Part shown: piece by piece, positions 56,731 to 61,055 of the stretch
How the letters are laid out: every line of letters starts with the position of its first letter
Numbering within the stretch: position 1 is the first letter of the stretch
From: a virus
Lineage: Duplodnaviria; Caudoviricetes
Strand: one strand, 5' to 3'
DNA: 61,055 nt
Virus record (IMG/VR): IMGVR_UViG_3300030376_005008
Span: 1-61,055 of that record
The notes under the pieces: generated by a model
Told to the model about the DNA's origin: nothing
The model's input: the letters and a program-made list of their open reading frames with translations, nothing else
Database searches by the model: none
Program-made: the position numbers and the translations under genes

Positions 56731-58157
56731 TGCCTTACCTCGCCAAGCAACGATTGACTGGTGATAGCAATGTCGTCATGAAACATGTGCGTAAGCCTAA
56801 GTTCGTGGACAACGCTGTGCATGTTGGTGAGATTACAATGCAAGGTAATACCCAGCAGAAGGTAACAGTCAGAAAACGCAATTCTACTAATTTCGCTATC
56901 GCATCAGAGCGTGCATATGAGTTGACTGAGGTCGAAGGAGGTATGCGAATCATGCAACCTCAAGTCGCTGGACATGAGAATACATCTTCGCCGATTTATA
57001 TAGGGTCATTATTGGATGATACTGCTGCTTTAAATAGGCCACCGCTGATTTTCTCTGCCGACAACCCTTCTTTGCGCCTTGTCCCCGGCTCAGTTTTGTC
57101 GTCTGGTAAGGGAGTAGTCCTTGCTTTACGCAATCTACAGGGTGGCACTGCTGCTGACCTTGGTTTCCAATCCACACGTGGGCACCTTGGTCAGACGTTA
57201 GATGTTGGATTACGAACAACAGACATGGCTCTACGTCTTGGTCGTGTCATTGAAGAATCACTTGCTTCAGTCAATATCGCTCTACCTCGCACACCAACGA
57301 ATGCTACCAAAGATAGACGTAAGCATAGCACTGAGTTCGTCGCATTCGACTTCTATGATGTCAACGTCATGGAGGCTCTACGCTTCCTTGGTAGACACGA
57401 TAACCGCATCATCTACTTCGATGCATATGGAAACATGCTTTACATTCCATTCAACTTTGGTGGAGCAGGTAGATTACTTGATTCTAAGACCCGCACAGGG
57501 CCAAGTGCTACCAATCCAATATCAAACACACCTAACCGCATCGCTGTGCAAGGATTCCCAAAGGCACTCAATCAATCAGCCTTTGCTCTGGTTAATGACG
57601 GTGAGAGACAGAGCGGTCGTATAGGAGACATACAAGCCGCACCCGAGATTATTGAAGACATCACGGTCAACAGTGATAGGGAAGCCCGTCGTGTTGCATT
57701 GAATATTCTCAAGGCTAACAATGCCGAGGCTGGAAGTAAAAGCAGTAAGGGTCATCTTGAAGCATGGGACTTACGACCCGGTAAGATTGTTGAGTATGAC
57801 GGCGTGAGGCGCATCATCACAGAATCGAGACATTCGCTTAGAACAGGCGAAAGTGACTTTGTTTTCTTGATGGTAGATACAGGCGTCGAGGGAGTGCTAC
57901 AGGGTATCAAGGCTGGTATATCTTTGAGTGCAAAGGCAAGGGCAGAGATTGAACAAGTGAGTGAATTGAATATGTCCTTGTTTGGTGACATCAGAATCAA
58001 CACTATCCCAATCATTCAAGTGAAGCAGCACGGTGCATCAGGCACAGGGTTCATCATTGGGAAGGCGATGGCGAGGGGAACAATCGGAGGAACCAGTTCG
58101 CAAGAGGTCGTCGGCGGCAGTAAGTCCATACCAGTAGTATTCAGAGGTGATATGTGA
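56727..58157 (+). CDS. Putative tail-tip / baseplate hub-like protein
   Basis: NVMEALRFLGRHDNRIIYFDAYGNMLY, NRIAVQG, IEDITVNSDREARRVALNIL and WDLRPGKIV resemble hub (gp27/Tal-like) proteins. Confidence 0.55.
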   Translation: MMPYLAKQRLTGDSNVVMKHVRKPKFVDNAVHVGEITMQGNTQQKVTVRKRNSTNFAIASERAYELTEVEGGMRIMQPQVAGHENTSSPIYIGSLLDDTAALNRPPLIFSADNPSLRLVPGSVLSSGKGVVLALRNLQGGTAADLGFQSTRGHLGQTLDVGLRTTDMALRLGRVIEESLASVNIALPRTPTNATKDRRKHSTEFVAFDFYDVNVMEALRFLGRHDNRIIYFDAYGNMLYIPFNFGGAGRLLDSKTRTGPSATNPISNTPNRIAVQGFPKALNQSAFALVNDGERQSGRIGDIQAAPEIIEDITVNSDREARRVALNILKANNAEAGSKSSKGHLEAWDLRPGKIVEYDGVRRIITESRHSLRTGESDFVFLMVDTGVEGVLQGIKAGISLSAKARAEIEQVSELNMSLFGDIRINTIPIIQVKQHGASGTGFIIGKAMARGTIGGTSSQEVVGGSKSIPVVFRGDM

Positions 58158-58504
58158 TGCCAGTAAGTGATTACATCAAACGCACCCTTCTGGACACTCT
58201 TGTGTCAAACATCAATGAGATGGTGATTGGATTTGATGGAACACCTTCAACATCATCTGATGGAGCAGCAGGACGCCCAGCAATCACTCTTAACCCAACA
58301 GTGAGAATAGTAGATGATTCGACTATTCTTGTTGAGGCTATTCTACCTGCAAATCAGTCATTTAATGAGACGCTGAAAGAGGTCTACATACAATTCAAGG
58401 GGACTGATTCCACATTTATCCCCGTCGCAAGACACACAATCGCACCCGTCCTCAAGACATCATCAAATGAGATGCGTGTGCAAGTTCTAATCGAGGTGAA
58501 GTAA
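58154..58504 (+). CDS. Small tail/baseplate structural protein
   Basis: 116 aa with a MVIGFDGT...LKEVYI...PVLKTSSNEMRVQVLIEV pattern. GAGGTGA RBS. Confidence 0.55.
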   Translation: MMPVSDYIKRTLLDTLVSNINEMVIGFDGTPSTSSDGAAGRPAITLNPTVRIVDDSTILVEAILPANQSFNETLKEVYIQFKGTDSTFIPVARHTIAPVLKTSSNEMRVQVLIEVK

Positions 58505-59628
58505 TGCCGGACAACCCACTATCAGGACATACTGCTGGAACAAATGACGGTCTTCGTGACGGTGACCATATTCTATCTCCGTCAATAACCAATCTATACG
58601 AAGGAGTTCACGGAAACGGTATCTTATCCGCTCACGGGACTGCATACGGTGACAGTAATCGTAACGCACCAGCACAACTTGGTGGTGCAATCAGCAGTTC
58701 AGCGGCTCATCAAATCACTGTCGAGAGTTGTAGTTATGTTCTGGACGGCGTCCTCTACACTATTGCTGACACTACCATCAGCCTGACATCAGGTAGCAGT
58801 TCTAAGATTGGTTCGACTACCGCTCTGTCAAGTGGCAAGGAATGCCTCTTCGTCATCGTTTTAACATCCAAGTCACCATACGTGATGTTCGCTCAAGCAA
58901 CACCAGTTACTACTGCAACAGGCGTCTATGCATCTATCAGCGGCACTGCTGCTTCATATCTGTCAGATGGTGTCGGGACTAACAATAAGCAATCTATTGT
59001 GATTGGAACAGTGCGTGCAACATACAACGGAAGCGCTGCCGGAGCCAATGACCTCAACCTTACACAGAGTGAGAGGAACGATAAGCGCGTTTTTATCCGC
59101 CCTTCGCCAATGTATTTCTCACCAGTCACGACTGGCGCTGTTGCAGCCACAACAGAGGTCGCAACACACACTGCTCTATCTCAGGTCCATGGTAGTGGTG
59201 AATACGGTGACTTCGGCGCTAATGGTGTTATGTGGCAATCCTATGGTGGACAAGTCAGCAGCACCACAGCAGGGGACAATGACAAGGATGTGCTCTACTA
59301 CAGTGGCACACACGCTGCTCGTTTCACTCGTTCTGTCTTCGACCGTGTGCTAACCAGCACTGCTACGTCTATTGACCTCACAGCGAGCGATGCTAACATC
59401 CTCGTGCTTACACCCGGTGGTTCATTCGCTGTCACTACAAGCGGTCCATTCCCTGCTGGTTATGTCATTGAAATCAAGAACACGCATGGGTCTAACACAG
59501 GAACATTCGCACTAACGAATGCATCAACATCTGCTATCGGTGATACCGCTGATGCAGACGGAGGGTATGGTCGCTTTGTATGCACTGTCAGTCATGCTAC
59601 TGACCCGACGTTTGTTCGTCTGATTTGA
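58504..59628 (+). CDS. Putative tail fibre / minor tail protein
   Basis: 374 aa, S/T/G/A-rich beta protein, last gene of the + strand operon. Confidence 0.55.
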   Translation: MPDNPLSGHTAGTNDGLRDGDHILSPSITNLYEGVHGNGILSAHGTAYGDSNRNAPAQLGGAISSSAAHQITVESCSYVLDGVLYTIADTTISLTSGSSSKIGSTTALSSGKECLFVIVLTSKSPYVMFAQATPVTTATGVYASISGTAASYLSDGVGTNNKQSIVIGTVRATYNGSAAGANDLNLTQSERNDKRVFIRPSPMYFSPVTTGAVAATTEVATHTALSQVHGSGEYGDFGANGVMWQSYGGQVSSTTAGDNDKDVLYYSGTHAARFTRSVFDRVLTSTATSIDLTASDANILVLTPGGSFAVTTSGPFPAGYVIEIKNTHGSNTGTFALTNASTSAIGDTADADGGYGRFVCTVSHATDPTFVRLI

Positions 59629-59785
59629 AGGCGCTATCTACCCATAGATGGCCGCATTCCTTGCAACACCATAGGCTGATGCGCTCACGGTCACCATCAA
59701 GGAATCGAGCCTGTAGGCGGCGTGGTATGTGCTCATGCAAGCACTGACGGCACTTGACGGTTAGACGGTCAAGTAGACGGCCCAT
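59597..59785 (-). CDS. Small Zn-ribbon protein
   Basis: MGRLLDRLTVKCRQC...CCKECGHLW. ATG ~59785 overlaps the upstream stop (ORF track 59597..59806). Confidence 0.65.
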   Translation of the reverse strand: MGRLLDRLTVKCRQCLHEHIPRRLQARFLDGDRERISLWCCKECGHLWVDSAFKSDEQTSGQ

Positions 59786-59979
59786 TACTCCATCTCCTCT
59801 TGCCAATCCTCATCAAACTCATTATCATCTGGTGTTCTTTTGATAATTGAACCGTCATATTCTTCATATTCATCTGGAGGCGTGTATTTGTGTGCCTTTT
59901 TTATTCCTTCAAGTTCATTTTGCATTGTCATCATTACTTTCAGTAAACTTGCAATAATTACATCCCATTGTTCGACCAT
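59785..59979 (-). CDS. Small acidic hypothetical protein
   Basis: 64-aa ORF coupled to the downstream Zn-ribbon gene. Confidence 0.55.
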   Translation of the reverse strand: MVEQWDVIIASLLKVMMTMQNELEGIKKAHKYTPPDEYEEYDGSIIKRTPDDNEFDEDWQEEME

Positions 59980-60065
59980 AAATCACGGACATCTCATTAC
60001 TACATAAGGTGCCCCGTGAGACATCTCGACAATTGACTACCCCGTCGTTTGTTTCAAAAAATTGA

Positions 60066-61055
60066 CTACTCACTTCCACGCCTTCCAATCACATCATCAA
60101 TGCGTAGGATGGCTGTAGCAACCTCAGTAGCGCTGGTGATAGCACTACGGATGAGAGACATAGGTTCGTAGATGGACATCTCAGTCATGTCACAGATACC
60201 ACCATTGTCGGTATCAGGACCGTAGCATGTCTCTCCTTCGATGACCTTGTTACGCATGGCGAGGATAGTGTCCAACGCATCGTGACCAGCGTTCTCAGCG
60301 ATAGTGCCGGGGATAGCCTCCAGAGCGTCACAGAATGCTTCGATAGCCATCTGCGCACGACCACCCACCTCAGCAGCACGGGAGCGCATAAACACTGCAA
60401 GGGAGAGATATGTTGCTCCACCACCAATGCAGACCTCATCACCGTTAGCAACGAGTGAGACGACACCAAGAGCATCATCGAACCCACGTTGCACCTCATC
60501 GAGTGTGGACTGTGTCGCGCCGAAGAGAATCAAAGTAGCCTCTGTTTCGCTACCTGTCACGAATAGATAGTCCACATCGTTCAGTCGTTTACGAGATACA
60601 TGGACCACAGATGTTTCCATATCATCCTCAGGAGTTTGGTAAATGACTGCGCCTGTCTCATTATTCAATCGCTTCATAGTGCTTGGTGGCACTCTTCGAC
60701 AGATGAAGATATCACGTTTACGCAGGTATTGAATGATGGTGTCATGCACTCCGTCACGCACGAATACTACCTTAGCACCAATGTCTTCAATTTGCTTCGC
60801 AGAGGCGAGCATCTGCTCACGGTCAGCGTTCTTGATAGAACTGTAGTTTGTGGCATCAACCTGAACCTGCACGTTTCCTTCCTGCTTCTGTGGCTCCAAA
60901 CCACCATTGATGAGTAGGATTGGGGTGTCACTTCCTTCCCATTTACCATCTGCTGTGACGAAGTCCTTGTTGACTACAACTCCGTTGAACAGATAGGAAT
61001 CATTGAGAGAGCCACCGGGTGCAGCGAGAATCTTCACATCAGATGCATCACCTGC
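60066..61055 (-). CDS. ths: Group II chaperonin (thermosome subunit), 3' part; 5' end lies beyond the window
   Basis: DSYLFNGVVVNK, ATLILFGAT...LDEVQRGFDDAL, GGGA, AIEAFCDALEAIPGTIAENAGHD, IYEP and ATEVATAILRIDDVI. The frame is open to the window edge. Confidence 0.9.
   Translation of the reverse strand, partial: AGDASDVKILAAPGGSLNDSYLFNGVVVNKDFVTADGKWEGSDTPILLINGGLEPQKQEGNVQVQVDATNYSSIKNADREQMLASAKQIEDIGAKVVFVRDGVHDTIIQYLRKRDIFICRRVPPSTMKRLNNETGAVIYQTPEDDMETSVVHVSRKRLNDVDYLFVTGSETEATLILFGATQSTLDEVQRGFDDALGVVSLVANGDEVCIGGGATYLSLAVFMRSRAAEVGGRAQMAIEAFCDALEAIPGTIAENAGHDALDTILAMRNKVIEGETCYGPDTDNGGICDMTEMSIYEPMSLIRSAITSATEVATAILRIDDVIGRRGSE

Noticed and set aside
60031-60069. AATTGACTAC direct repeat and a minus-strand T6 run after the thermosome stop, as a terminator or regulatory site
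   Set aside because: Too short to distinguish from chance without transcript data.
1-61055. tRNA, rRNA or other structured RNA genes
   Set aside because: Intergenic gaps are nearly all under 90 bp and no cloverleaf or rRNA-like sequence was seen. A covariance-model search was not run.

Overview
Almost the whole window is the co-oriented (+ strand) morphogenesis region of a large tailed dsDNA virus (Caudoviricetes) that probably infects an archaeon. The archaeal-host evidence is a group II chaperonin (thermosome), GGTGA/GGAGG ribosome-binding sites and many Zn-ribbon proteins. The overall layout best fits a magrovirus-like virus of Marine Group II Poseidoniales, which is an inference and was not checked by database search. 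Recognisable core genes, in order: putative terminase small subunit, terminase large subunit, LAGLIDADG-domain protein, portal, a 1842-aa protein ending in a degenerate ATP-dependent ligase fold, prohead protease/scaffold, HK97-type major capsid protein, neck proteins, tail tube, tail chaperones with a probable -1 frameshift, a short tape measure, a 6126-aa tail/adhesin protein, further tail proteins, and a partial thermosome on the - strand. The most striking unexplained structure is a short peptide tag, (E)P(M/F)DLAWxLLK, found about 11 times in front of otherwise unrelated domains. Five copies punctuate an 862-aa polyprotein (53955-56543) as near-identical 30-bp DNA repeats separating cassettes, two of which look like ADP-ribosyltransferase folds. 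The other copies head or sit inside accessory genes wedged between core structural genes. The tag ends in the same LLK|A/S/G-type motif seen near the N-termini of the capsid protein and protease. This suggests a modular system that loads variable effectors into the capsid and releases them by proteolysis. A second notable module is an Arf-like small GTPase flanked by small membrane proteins at the left end. No tRNA, rRNA or CRISPR array was recognised.
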